From Phoronis australis (taxonomy: Eukaryota > Animalia > Phoronida): a stretch of 64,000 bases of DNA. The notes under the pieces are model-generated. The model was given only the letters and a program-made list of their open reading frames with translations, was not told the origin of the DNA and did not search any database. Made by a program: the position numbers and the translations under genes. This document shows, piece after piece, positions 23,101-35,578 of this stretch. The stretch lies in NCBI GenBank assembly GCA_002633005.1, contig NMRA01000314.1, positions 220,898 through 284,897 on the forward strand, written 5' to 3'. Every line of letters starts with the position of its first letter. The first letter of the stretch is position 1.

Positions 23101-26100
23101 TACGTTGTGCCTTTTGCTCTGATAGTTGAAATAGAGATTGTCTCGCTGGTTGGATTTTTAATCAAACTGTATGTAAGTCAACTTTATAGCATGGGCGGCG
23201 CATCATAGAGGGCCTGGGGGGTCAATGCTCTAGTTGTACAATTAGCGGTAAGTAGGCGCCCAAAGCCCACCGTATCACCTTGAGCACTGAACGTAACTTA
23301 CGGTGCGTAGGCGCTACGTTCAAATGCCAAAAGGTGGTTGGCTGCGCCTACGTGCGCCTACGCCCCACTACAGCACTGGGGGGTATAGCCCCACTTATTT
23401 CAGTGCTGCGCCTACCATGTGTAGGCATTCGGCGGACTTTCTTGTTGTCGATTAAACTTTAACTTATTTTGTAGAATGAGAAATTTTTGGATTATTGCGG
23501 TATCATATGGCATATCGATGGGTGTCGGAAACTCGTACACAGGTGTGATGGACGTGAATTTAAAAAGTTTCAATATACACCAGGCAAGTGGTATGCTAGT
23601 TTGCGTGATTATACGTGAAGCTGTGTATGGTCACCTGACTTGTTTCTTTGAAAAGATCATAGCCATCTTGTGTGATACGTCTATGGAAAAAATCGTGTCC
23701 GTCGGAAAGGAAAGGATTTGATTGTTATTGCACGTCTCTCTTTAGAATGTATCGCACGGCGTGTTAATTGAGTGTTATTGCACTTCCCTATTTAGAGTGT
23801 ATCACAAGGCATGTTATTTAATTGTTATTGCACGTCCCTCGTGAGAGTGCATTACACCGCGTGTTATTTGATTGTTATTGCGCGTCCCCCTTTAGAGTGT
23901 ATTATACGGCTTATTCTTTTACTCTTATTGTACTTCCCTTTTTAAGGTGTAGTACACGGTGTGTTATTTGATTGTTATTGCACTTTCCCGGAGTGTATCA
24001 CTCACCATGTTTATTGATTGTCATTGCTCGTCTCTCTTTAAAGTGTGTTACACGGCGTGCTATTTGATTGTTATTCTACGTCCCTCTTTAGAGTGCATTA
24101 CACGGCGTGTTATTTGATTGTTATTGCGCGTCCCTCTTTAGAGTGTATTACACAGCGTGTTAGACAGGGCGCAACCTTGCGTAAAAGTAAAGAAAACGTT
24201 TTTGCATCATTCATTTTTTATGCAAAAATATTTTTTCGTTTTCCAAAAAATTCAGTTTTTATTCCTTTTTTAAGAAATTGCGTCCGTGTTTTCAAAAACT
24301 TCTTACGGTCTAGTTCATGCCACCAATAAACAAGTCTCCAACAAACAAGAACAAATTCAATGCAGTTGATTGTTTTCGTACTATGTTTTTGAGATTTAGC
24401 AAATTCGCAAAATGTTGGCAGGGAATTGAAATTCACTTGTATTAGAATTCATTATTTTGTGATTTAAAAAAATATCAATATATGGACGAACTCTATCGTT
24501 TTGTCAGCAGCATGTAAGTATGAACGGAGATAAATACGTTTCAAGTTTTGCGTTCATCACGTGCTAGTTTTGGGCAATTTTCACTGAAAATCTGAGCATG
24601 TAATGCTCTATAGTTCAAGGTCTAATCTTTTCACTCTACCACGATCTTCATGCGCGCACCCAGCCTAAAATATAAGGGGGTTCGAATTTTTCGGTATGCG
24701 GACCTTTTACTGAAAGAAATCAACGAGGACTAAAAAAACGGCGCCACTAGGTTCAGGCCCACGAATTGTGCGTCCTCGCCGACTTCTCGTGAAATTTGTG
24801 GACTTTTTTCTCGTTTACTGGGATTTTTTGTTTCACTGAGTGCGCCCATGATCTTATTTTTGGCATTTTCTATTCTACATTTGTGCGAGCTCAAGATAAA
24901 TGTCTATTATTCTATGCTCATAATGGTTTACGTGGATAACTTTCTAGTTCTAATTTGCATTTGGTGACCCCACTATTATTATGGCTAAAAGTTCGACTCG
25001 AAGCTATCCTGGGATCTTTAGAGTCAGCAACCTTTCAAGTGTACTGATCAGTGGTATATATATATAGGGTGTTCAGGACATAGAGATGGGATCAAAATGA
25101 CGACTTTGTGGCAAGTTTGAATGATTTTGTTTTTTCACAAAAAATTAAATGGAGTATAAAAAGCCACGACTGCGCAAACAATTGAAATAGCCAAAACTCA
25201 AAAAAAAATCAGTATTGATTTCCACAGATATTTCAGGCAGGAAAACGAATTTGACAAAAAAACACAAAACATCTACCAGCCGTGGGTCGGTTGCAATGTC
25301 TTTTCACGAGCAGCCATTGCCTCTTTCCTCAACGTTATGTTCCAAAGTGTGCGGGTCGCAAAGTTCATATGAATGAAGCTTATTCAACTTGTTTCAGTGC
25401 AAAGTATCTTGGGTTGATGGAGATCGCGTTTTGTTTTTCAGAACGAGGCCGGTTGGATCGGCTTTTATGCAGTAGTTGTTGGAACCGCATCCGCAGTGAT
25501 AACAGCCAGGTTGGTATCCGGGCTGTGACGTAATATGTGCATCTTCTTCAGTTGCGTCTCGGAGAGTGCGAAAGCATCAATGAGTTCTCGTACATCAGTG
25601 GGCTTTTGCATCAAAAGTCAAAACATTGGGCTTGGGGTGTCGAACAGCCTTTCACACCCTGTTTGTGTTTCCGCAGCCAACGGCGGTCTCGTTGGTAGCC
25701 AACAACAATAAGACGGAAAGTAAAAGTTCACCACACAAAGTAAAGGGCGACGTCAATGTGGCCATCAATCGACTGGTTAATTATAGGTTTAGCTTTCGCT
25801 AAAATCACTTGACTGTTGTAAATCTTGGTTGACCATGGAAAAACGCCTTTTTGCTTTCAGAGTGTCCGACATGTTTGCGGGTCATATGAAGGCGATCATT
25901 GCCCTGTGTCTCTTTCTGGCTGGGTTGGCCTGTACCTGGTCGGTCTTGCTCCTTGGTGGTTACATTCCGTTTAACATTGGTATGTGGACCAGTCAAGGCT
26001 ACAACCATGCATGCACGCCACAAGGCACACGAACCTCCTTGCCAAGGAACTCAAGTTTAAATTGTCTACATTTGTTTCTTCATTTCCTGCCCCTCTGTTT

Positions 26101-27269
26101 TCAACATCTTGTCACATTTTCTGTTTTACCGATCGGGAAAATGAATATATTCTGAGGAGTTTTGATATGACACCACTTCAAATCTTCACAATACGTTTCC
26201 ATTCTGTAGCGGCCTTCAGCGGCTATTGCCATTGCTGCGAATCGAGAAAATTTATTTTCTTGTAGTTTGAAAAATAACATCAGGTTGTGTTGAAGCACTG
26301 ATGTACAATGGAGGTGCTCAATAGAAAAATTCCCAGCAATCATGGTCTTTATGACATTTGATCTACAAAAAGCTGAACTTGAATTTCTATATTGAACATG
26401 AAATAGTCTTGTTTGAAAACTTTATCGAGAAGTCTGTGGCGCCGGTTTCACCCTAGGGGTTTTTGTTTCAGTTCAGATGTACGTGTCTTCCATCCTTGTT
26501 TCGGTCTTTGAGAACGGCGCGGCGCCATTAATGTTCGAGCTGGCTTGCGAGACGAGTTACCCAGTGGCCGAGGCTGTGTCTGTGGCTATGATGGCATTCC
26601 TTGGAAATCTAGTTGGCATAATATTCCTGTTGCTGCTGATGATACCAGGCATAGGTGAGTCCTACCACGGGTGCACGTCAATCGGGTATTGAACAAATAA
26701 GTGAGAAGGCTAGCGTCTTGAATGTCGGACAACCTCAGGCAGGATTATTTCAGTCGGGATTTCAGTTTATAATTAACCACACGATCATCCTAGTGTTAGG
26801 ACGTGGAGTTAGTAGGCCAACGTCACGGCCGCGTCGTTATGTGTACTTATTGTAACTTACGGGGCGTGCCGGGCAATTGTCAGAAATGCGGCACTTGTCC
26901 AAAACGATTGCTGATCCATTTGTCACCACGGAGAGGGTCGGACTGACATGCATTTGTGGATCCGAGCATGGCTGATCTATGAAGATATCGCAATGTGGGA
27001 TCATGTCCGGCAGCGGGTTTACGAACGTAGAAGGAGAATAAACAGTGTTTGTTTAGTCAGCGCATGCAGTTTCACCAACTGAACTTTATCACCTGATTCA
27101 TAAATCTATCCTTCTTGTGTTACAGGGGCTATTTNGGATGAACTGGTGCATGCTGGGAAGTTGTTTCTTCTGCTTTGGGTTGATGTTGTTCTTCAACGGG
27201 ACGTACGCACGTTTGCAGCTGGACTCAGAAATTATAGTTAACTCAGAAGATAATAGTGTGATGGAGTGA
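17165..27269 (+). CDS. SLC49A4: MFS transporter, SLC49A4/DIRC2 (FLVCR family); exons 17165-17369, 17915-18061, 18694-18784, 19855-20018, 21310-21393, 22429-22476, 22791-22920, 23475-23583, 25442-25509, 25861-25979, 26472-26654, 27126-27269
   Basis: Spliced translation gives VYKRRWYML, VIWNTWSPISSSA..FGWSD..IALLSNW, SAVWFPNYQRATSTAIA, YFPAKPPTPPSVSAS, EAGWIGF and PLMFELACETSYPVAE, all hallmark DIRC2/FLVCR motifs. Phases are consistent. An N at 27135 shifts the last exon. Confidence 0.88.
19190..19812. repeat. Intronic minisatellite, ~33-38-bp unit (ccacctgtgtgacttcaaattaccatgtttgacta)
   Basis: More than 15 visible copies, ending just upstream of the exon-4 acceptor. Confidence 0.9.
20866..21189. 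repeat. Intronic tandem repeat, ~57-bp unit (ctgggtaaagttgagatgtatgcgatatcaaagtacctaggggcgactataagtcca)
   Basis: About 5.5 copies. Confidence 0.9.
21540..21758 (-). mobile_element. tRNA-derived SINE
   Basis: Minus strand reads ggcgcagTGGCCTAGTGGtc (A box) ... GGTTCGATTTcc (B box), with no intact cloverleaf. Confidence 0.6.
21857..22140 (-). mobile_element. 3' fragment of a restriction-like-endonuclease (Hero/R2/R4-type) non-LTR retrotransposon
   Basis: RPDIVL...LVKLTVPYE...VEIGARVF matches the REL motif RPD..ELTVPWE..K..KY..VEVG.RGF. Frameshifted. Confidence 0.75.
23715..24160. repeat. Intronic tandem repeat, ~59-bp double / ~51-bp unit (ttatttgattgttattgcacgtccctctttagagtgtatcacacggcgtg)
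   Basis: About 8-9 diverged copies after DIRC2 exon 8. Confidence 0.85.
24649..24850. mobile_element. MITE family A copy
   Basis: catgcgcgcacccag...ctgagtgcgcccatg, flanked by atctt on both sides (5-bp TSD). Confidence 0.75.
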
Positions 27270-29215
27270 TAGTGTCATGCCAAAGCGCCTGGTTTACAGC
27301 AACTATGCAAAAAACATTTCAACAGGCTGGATTCAAAGGAACCGAAACTAAAGTTGTGTGTCTTAGAATGGCCGGTGCCTGTTGTAAAATATTTATGAAC
27401 TTTAACTTAACCTTAATTTATTAAAATATCACTGATGCCAAATGGCAAATTACATGAATGTATAGAACCATAGACATCACATGGTATTAAGATGTCTATG
27501 CATATAGAACTCTAGCCCTGGAATGCGAACTCCGATCTCGTGGCCTCCGAGATTGCGCCGCGCATGCATGAGACTTCTTTCCATTCGTTTGCTCCAGTGT
27601 GTGTATACTTGTTATGGAATTTAGTGTCATTAAAACTTTTCGCAACTCCCCCGTTTTTCAAACGTATTGCATGAGAGCCATCTCATTAGAAAGCCCTTCG
27701 TTAGTTCTTGATGATTATACCAGATGCAAAAGATAAATAATTTAATTTACATGTATAAGTAATTATCATTTGGCATACCTTACTGATTCAACGACATCTT
27801 TTTATTCTAAAAACCAAGAATGTTACCAAAATGCGAAAAATAACAGCGTGTAATAGTAACAAAAATAGGACATGAACCAGAGAGGTAATAAAAGTAAATA
27901 GTTAAGCCATTAGGGAAATAATTTCAATGATTCAAAAGATTTCTACCCTATAAAGACAAAGGTTTTAGAATAGGGATCCCTCACACTCGCTGTGAATAAT
28001 TTAGCCAGGCATTCATTTAAGATTATACATCTTTATATAATTAATTGCACCTTTGGTGCCGTTTAATACATTTATATTATTCAGAATGCAATGACATTTA
28101 CAACAATGCAATAAACTACTCCAAGTATTCATCCGAATTTTGCAGATAAAGTTTTTCTGTTAGATAAAAATGTGCAAACATCACATAGCTTTGAAATGTA
28201 CTGTGGATAGTTCATCACATTGGTTGCAATGCAGGACTTTCCATAAAACTTTAGAAATAAACCCTTTTCTTTAAAAAGGAAAAGTAATTAAAAATCGGCT
28301 TCTGTGCAACAGGTGAACATTGCACAAATGAATTATTTTAGAAGCAATTGAAAACAGTGATAATTCCACACCCGTACACACTTAGTGAAGGAATTATGAG
28401 TAATTTTTTCGAAAGTTACATAAATACGCCTGATTTTAGGGCCTAAACTTTTCATTTAAGTCAAATTTAACTTTTTCCCTAAAATACTGTAACATGATTT
28501 AACAACCCCAAAATGTCTCGATGGAAAACTCCTGGCATGCAGTACGAACGGTTGTCAAAAGTGACTGCAGTTGAAAAGATATCAGAGGCCAAACTATTTC
28601 CGGCATCCACCGAGGGCCACAGGTCGGTGCTTGTAAAGAATGACCATTGTAGCAGTTATACCTCACCAGTCTTGCAACAAGATGAACATGAAGCATTGAA
28701 ATTAGGCTTGATTTGGTAACTACAACCCTCCATCAAAACTAAGTCGAGCAGGCAGCCGGGACTTCTCAGTGCAAACTCTCCCGCCTGGTCTCGGGATCGC
28801 CGCAAGCTCTCAAAGAATGCGGGAATTGGCCTTTCGGGGCTACAGGTCTCAGGGCTTGAACTTTTCCACTTTTAAGAGGATTTCCTCTTTTTTGGTTTCG
28901 ATTTCCTCTTATTTGATTTCCAGTTTCCTCCTCTTTCGTCACTTTTTATCATTGTTTTGACGTTATTCATGCAAAAACGTTAATTTCAGCTAAATTTTAC
29001 CACATAAAAATATTTGTATCTCACAAACCTACTAATTAACGTGTCTGGAAAGACACGGATTCTACTTTTTGTGTATATACTTTGAAAGATGACATTAATT
29101 AAGTTTATCTTATCTTATCTGATTTGTGGAACGATACATCACCTGTAAATTTTTCCATATTTTTGTCACTGGTCATTCCAACCCCAGAGTTCTGTGATGA
29201 AGTTGTAGGCCTACG

Positions 29216-29513
29216 CCCGCGGAGTCACATTGACAAGGTGCCCTTAGGCGTGTACCAAAAATGCGGGTAAGCGGCACAACAAGTTGTTAGGGACCTGCTC
29301 GGGGTCCAATTGGCCCCTGAATTTCCATTTCAACCTCGCAAAAGGTCCCCTGCATTGGTCTCGGCCCCGCAAAAGGCACACTGGCCGTCTTCCTACGGCG
29401 AAATTTACTCCCAAAAGGGGGTGTGAATTAGCAGACCTGGCACCTGCAGTAGAGTCTCTCACCAATTTTTGGTAGACGCCTGTGGGCACCTTCTCACTGA
29501 GTGAGCCCCCGGG
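29216..29513. mobile_element. MITE with ~45-bp imperfect TIRs (cccg..tcac..aaggtgccc..aggcgt.taccaaaaa)
   Basis: The left end aaggtgcccttaggcgtgtaccaaaaa pairs with the right end tttttggtagacgcctgtgggcacctt. Confidence 0.7.
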
Positions 29514-32500
29514 ATTGTATGTAAGAAAAACGTACAAGAGACTAATAAAAATGTTCAACGGACTCTGAAGTCAACATTTCAGTGACGTCCTTTCAACAAT
29601 GCTTTTCATCAGTTGTTCAGTTAACAGAGGGTTGTCTGTTCCTTTTTACTAATACCTTGCAACTTAGAAACATTCGGTGACAAGCGTCAAGCAGAATCAG
29701 GCTGAACTCTTGGTCCCGAACTGCAGGTGGATTTAGGGGCAAAAGGTTACGAACGGGGGAAAAACGCCATCGGCATGACCGCCAATTTTCCATCGAAAAT
29801 TTTGGTTTACCCCCCCCCCCTTAAACCATCCTGAATCCACCAGTGAATTTACTTTCCAAAATTGACTCAACATTGCGACTAGGCCTACTGAGGCCCCTAC
29901 ATTCCGAAACCCTTGATCAAAATCGTCAACAATGATTACTGAAAACCAATCCTCTTCGGTCGTAAGCCGATTGGCTGGGAACTGTGGGCGAAGAACGTGC
30001 AAATTTTAATTTAATGTGTGTAGTACAGGAAAGTAGCAGTTGCAGAAGCTCACGCATTTAGATCAAACTTACGAAGCCCCTAAGATTTTGAGTCGGTGAT
30101 GAACCGAAATGCCTTATTTTGGTATTTATTTGTAAGTATTTTATGAGAAATCTAGGGAATATTTTTTGTCGGTGAAATGTAGTAAATATTAAGAACCCGG
30201 GCATCTTCAGTAATATTGCTTAGAGAACCAATAAGGATTCCCATCGCGCACGGTTGAGTAACAGGTTAGCATCCGCGCACTCATGAGATCAGTATAAATG
30301 GGACTTAGTGCAAGATCTTGCTTCTTATCTCGCTATTCTTCAACGGAATTTTAAGTACTGACCTAGTTAGATAAGAACAAGAGACACCCAAAAAACCTGC
30401 AGGGACATCCACCTATACCTATAAGTGACAAATGAGACATAAGAAAGTTGTAGAAAAAACTTGAAAAAAATGATCGGATTTCGGGTAAGTCAGGGCTCAG
30501 TCATTGATACATAGGCCTACACAATGCGACAAACTTTTTCGGTAGAAGTGGAACTGGTTGCCGCAGTTTATAATGCCTGTACGTCACACGCACAGTGTAG
30601 TCACCGCTGTTTGAGTTTTTGCAATGTTTTAATGCCTGCGGTATCAGTGAACTAATTAAATTTATGTATGCATATCTGACCGCGGCAGAGGAGACTTTTG
30701 CCGTTGCTAGCAGCGGAGCCTGGTGGCCACAACTAGAGACATACTCTCGCGTGATTCTCGATAGGCGGAAGTTGTCTTGGTTGATAAAATTTTTGCTCAG
30801 TGTGTCTGATCTATTTGGCTTCTGCTGGCGTTCCTTTGTCTGATTATTTCGAATGAGTTTTCGGCGAAATCCTAAGAGCAGCAAATTGAGTAAGTATGCA
30901 TGTAGTAACGGATGATAATAAACCCACAGCACTCTATTTGTCTATTGAGTTTGACCATGTTGACCACTCGCCTCCACGACTAGCTTATCGACTTGATGCT
31001 TTTAAGTTTTATTTAACAAACATACATTTTACCTGTAATAATGAGATGTATGTTCCAAAAAGATGGAAACAAACTCCCATGCTCGTCTCAGGGAGTTATA
31101 TGACAATTTCCATACCCTGCAGTGCATGCTTGCACTAGGACAGCCTAGGCTTCAAGACTTGAATCATGTTGTTATACAGTCGATGTTTCTATTTTGCTCC
31201 AATTGGAGGTGCTCCTTGACTATCAATTTGAGCCCAATATCCTGCATGTAGGCCCACCTCCTGGGTGGCAAGGTTAAACTAACATGACCGAGCCCTTCCC
31301 ATTTTTGCCATCTGTTTACTTCCTAGTATTTTTGAGTTTATGGTTGGACTGGCGTGGTGACTTCATGGCATCCTGGGATTTTGCCCAATTGTCAAACAAA
31401 ATGCGAAGTCATCAAATCGAGTCGTCCAGTGTACTAGTTATGGCTATAATCAATTTACACATCACCGTGCTCGATTCGATGACTTGAAAGTGCAACTCGC
31501 CAGTGTGACTTCAGATTGTGTTTGACAATCTCGGAAGAATCCCAAGTGGCCATGATGTGGCCATAGTGAGTAGCGAAGTCAGACAAGAATTCGATCAAAA
31601 TTCACTTCAAAATTTGTGATGACTTAGGGAAGTTTGAGTTAATGGCCAACGACTGGACAAAGTCGGAGCAGGAAACATGTGCCTCTAGTGTTTCTGATCA
31701 TCTGCATTCTGTATACCGCAATACTCAGCAAATGGTTGTATAATTACGAGACAGATGAAAGAACGAGAGAGGTATGCATAATTTTAATGGCGATAGTGGC
31801 ATAGCTTTCTTTCTTTTTTTTTTTGGTCAGCTACAGCTGACCTCAGTTTTGGGATTTTGCTAGGTCTGGCCTGCTACTGGCTGTCATCAAAGTCTTTAAA
31901 TATTCAAACTAACTCAGTGTGCAAATTCCCTCCACTTATTGTTCGCAGCCCAAATTTTGCAATTTAACTCGACGTTTGAAAAACATCTATCAAAAAAAAT
32001 CCGTGAAACGATGCCCTAACCGAATGACCTATTTGGATGCATGGGAACAATTCAGTGCAAATTTCACAACAAAAATGTGGTACTTATATGCTGTTTACGT
32101 TCTCAACAATTAGTTTTCCATGAAGTGAACAGCCTCGAAATAATTCTCGACTCCCTCCGTGCGGGTTTCCATCCGGTAATGGCGAGTTAGCTCCTCAATA
32201 CCTTCCAAGTACGGGAAAAATAGGTCAGTCACAAAACGACACGCATGTCATTAGTGTTAAACTTTCTGTCAGAGGTATAAAACAAAGTCGGAAAAAGACG
32301 TTTTTTGAAAACTGAATTTGTTGTGTAAAATGAAAGTGACACACCATATAAGCTGCGTTTCAATTTTAAACCACACGCGGTCGTTTGTAGTGTGCTATGA
32401 TGGGCGCTTAATTGGAAATTCTCAAAATTTAATGGGGGAATTTTTTAATAGATCAGTGAGCGCTTATTATGAAACACTTTAAAGGCAGGGAGTAGGATTG

Positions 32501-32639
32501 TGCGTGAGCATAGTCGTTAACCTGTTTGCGGTAATAAGATATTAAAACGCTACAATGGCAAGAAACGTTATAATAATACAATTTTGCGAGGCAAACTCCA
32601 TCTAGTAGGGGTGACTTTCTGGATATCGTTACCACCGGG

Positions 32640-34560
32640 AATGACACTACCACCTACACTATCCTCCAGTTTTCAGATGGATTCGAGGTATTTGCACCAC
32701 CTAGTGGTACTGTTTTTGAATCTGTTTTTTTGGCTTCCGCCCACTCCTAGGGTAATTGTGAAAATATATATGCTCCCATTGTGACGAGAATGGATGGATA
32801 TGATTTTTCGATGATTTTGGCTACTGTGGCGCCTTCTAGTTGCAGTTTTAAGTTTTTGCTCCCATGGTTGCATCTCCTAAACCCTCTGCAGCATCTTAGT
32901 AAGTGTATTTATATGAAGTTCACAATGGACGCCGTGTCCGCTAGTGGCAATTCCATTTTTTCATTTTTGTCTTCTTCTCTGAAGTTCCTTGACGGATTTT
33001 TATGAAATTTTGTATTTTCTATTAAAAAAACGATGACATGCTCCTGTTTTTGGATGGATTGGATGTATTTTGCGCCATCTGGTGGTCATTTTTACTGTTT
33101 TCTAGTCTGTTTTAGCATCTGCCCCTGTATCATCCAAACTACTCTGAGGATGATTTTGAAAATTGGCGTTTATGTTTCTACTGCAAAGAGGGTGGCTGAT
33201 GATGATTTTCGGACATCTTGGAGTACTGTGGTGCCTCCTAGGTGCAGTTTTTTGCATCTATGGCTGTATCTCCCAAACCCTTTGCAAGATCTTTGAATTT
33301 GGCAAGTTTATTTATGTGAAGTTAACAATGGACAACGACGATGTTTGGATAGATCCGACTACCACTGTGCCTCCCTAGTGGCAATTTTTTTCATTGTCCT
33401 CTGTGTCTTTGAAACTTCTTGGCAGATTGTTATGAAATTTTATTTTAATAAATGGGTTCATGTTAAGGAGTCGACAGGTTCCCATTTTGAGGTAGATTTG
33501 ACAAATAGCGGCCATTTTTGTTATCTTGAAATTTACATATAGGTTACTTTTAAAGAGGTGATGACGCTTTCTCACTTTTGGGCGAAGTTGGCATATTCTG
33601 CGCCACTTGGTGGCCAATTAAAAAATGTTTGAGTGTTTTGACATCACTCTCTCCATCCACCAAATCAAAATTTGGAGGTTTGTTCCTGATGAGAAGACGG
33701 AGGCTGATGTTGATTTTCGGACGTGTTCAACTACTCTGGCAGCCTGTAGTGGCAATTTTATTTGTATTTGCATTGATGACTGTGTCTCCTTTACCTTTTG
33801 CAAGATCTGTCTGAAATTTAGCAGATGTGTTCCTATGGAAATGGCAACAGACAGTTTGAGACCAGTCCAACTACAGCTGCGTTCCTAAGTGGCAATTTTA
33901 TTTTTATGTTTGTAGCCATGATGCTTTTTCATGAAATTGGGCAAACAAATTTCTATTATGAAGAGGACAGTGCCTTTCCTTTTTGTAATGGATTCGACAT
34001 ATTCTGCACAACTAGTGGCTATTTTCAATATTTTTTAGTCTGCTTTAGTTGTTTGGATCTGTATCTGCTAAACCATGCAGAGGATCATTCTGAAAATTGG
34101 CAGATTTGTTGCTACTGACAAGAGCAGGACTGACGTGGATTTGCAAACAGGGTCCAACTACTGTGGTGCCCCCTTGTGACATTTTTCGCTGTATCTCTTA
34201 AAGCCCTTGCACAATGTTTTTGAAATTTTGCAGTTGTATTCCTATTTATTTGACAGCAGATGGATGGATTGGAATACTGCTGTGGTTCTTAATGGCAATT
34301 TTATACGCTTGCCTTTGTGTTTTTGGAGTTCTTTGGTTTTCATGAAAATTGGCCAATAATATTGAGAGATGACGACACCTTCCCATTTGTGGATGGGCTC
34401 AATGTATTCTAATGTATTCTGAGCCATCTAATGGCCGTTTTTATGCCAGAAATAAACACCCCTAGAAGCACACCATTTGCGGTGCAATCATGGGCGCATT
34501 TCAATGCTCTTGTTAATTATTACATTCCATTTATTGAATAGCACCACCTGTGGCCAATCC
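32640..34560. repeat. Highly diverged ~105-160-bp tandem array, each unit carrying a gcgccNNNtagtggc (reverse CTCF-like) motif
   Basis: The motif recurs at ~32694, 32829, 32934, 33072, 33231, 33367, 33600, 33739, 33879, 34006, 34166, 34421 and 34541. Flanking words (tgaaattt, tatctc..aaacc, ctactgtgg) are shared between units. Confidence 0.65.
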
Positions 34561-34739
34561 TGCAGTATTTGTTTAGTTTGAAATACTTTATCAGCCGCCA
34601 GTGTCTCTGCTAGTGCTTCAATATAGCAGCTGTTATCTGCCAAGTGCCAGCATGGAGAAAAAGCTTTGGTCAAGAAATCATTCAGCACTGTGGACTGGCT
34701 ATTTGCAACTCACTGTCCAAGAAGCTCCTGATTCAAGTC

Positions 34740-35412
34740 AAATTTCACCACTAGGTGGAACTGCAAGTAGTTGTTAGATGACAACTAATTCCCATTCTGT
34801 CTGTGACCATTGTTACATTCACCATCAGACGTACCAGCAAGTGGTTGTTAGATAGCAACCAACCAACTTACTCTGCGTCTCAGATTGGTATGCATTTCAC
34901 CACTAGGTGGAGCTGCTAGAGGTTGTTAAATGACAACCAACCAACTCATTTTGTGTCTCGGATTGGTATATATTAATTTTACCACTAGGTGGAACAGCTA
35001 TTGGTTGTTACATGGCAACCAACCAACTCACTCTGTGTCTCCGATTGGTATACATTTCACCACTAGGTGGAGCTGCTATTGGTTGCTAGCAGAGGCGGAT
35101 CCAGGATTTTGAGTTAGGAGGGGGCCAGGGCACAGGATTAACCAGAATTTCGATATATGCGCGTGCCCTGCCGAAAATGCAGGGGTCTCGATTCTTTGCG
35201 TTTGCAGACCTTATTACTAAAAACAAACGGTAAACGGGGTTTGTTCAAGGCCTATGCATTGTTGATTTAATCCTCCCCGGGCATCCCTGGATGCGCGCAC
35301 CCGAACAGCCAAATGTGGAGCAGCTGTTGGTTGTTAGATGATAACCAACTAATTGGCTATTGTCCATGCTGGTCATGCTACATTTCACCACCAGATGGAG
35401 TTGCTATTGGCT
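34740..35412. repeat. ~79-bp tandem repeat (catttcaccactaggtggagctgct..ggttgttagatgacaaccaaccaactcactctgtgtctc), interrupted by a ggcggatccagga-type insertion at ~35090-35300
   Basis: About 6 copies upstream of the first coding exon of RNF41. Confidence 0.8.
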
Positions 35413-35578
35413 GCTTCTTACTTTTTTCCAGATCTCAGACTGGGTGTCTCTAAATTTTTACCTGGTATGTTTTGATGTTAGCCAACAAATATGCTTCATT
35501 TGTCTAATTCAAGTGTCGTATTTTCCTCAGCGTTTGTTCCTGTTCGTTTGGCAGCTGATTGGCTGGACCCAGCACACT

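Noticed and set aside
30501-30932. 143-aa minus-strand ORF and other 60-160-aa ORFs in intergenic, intronic or antisense positions
   Set aside because: No recognisable motifs, often non-ATG starts, and many are antisense shadows of real exons or translations of repeats.
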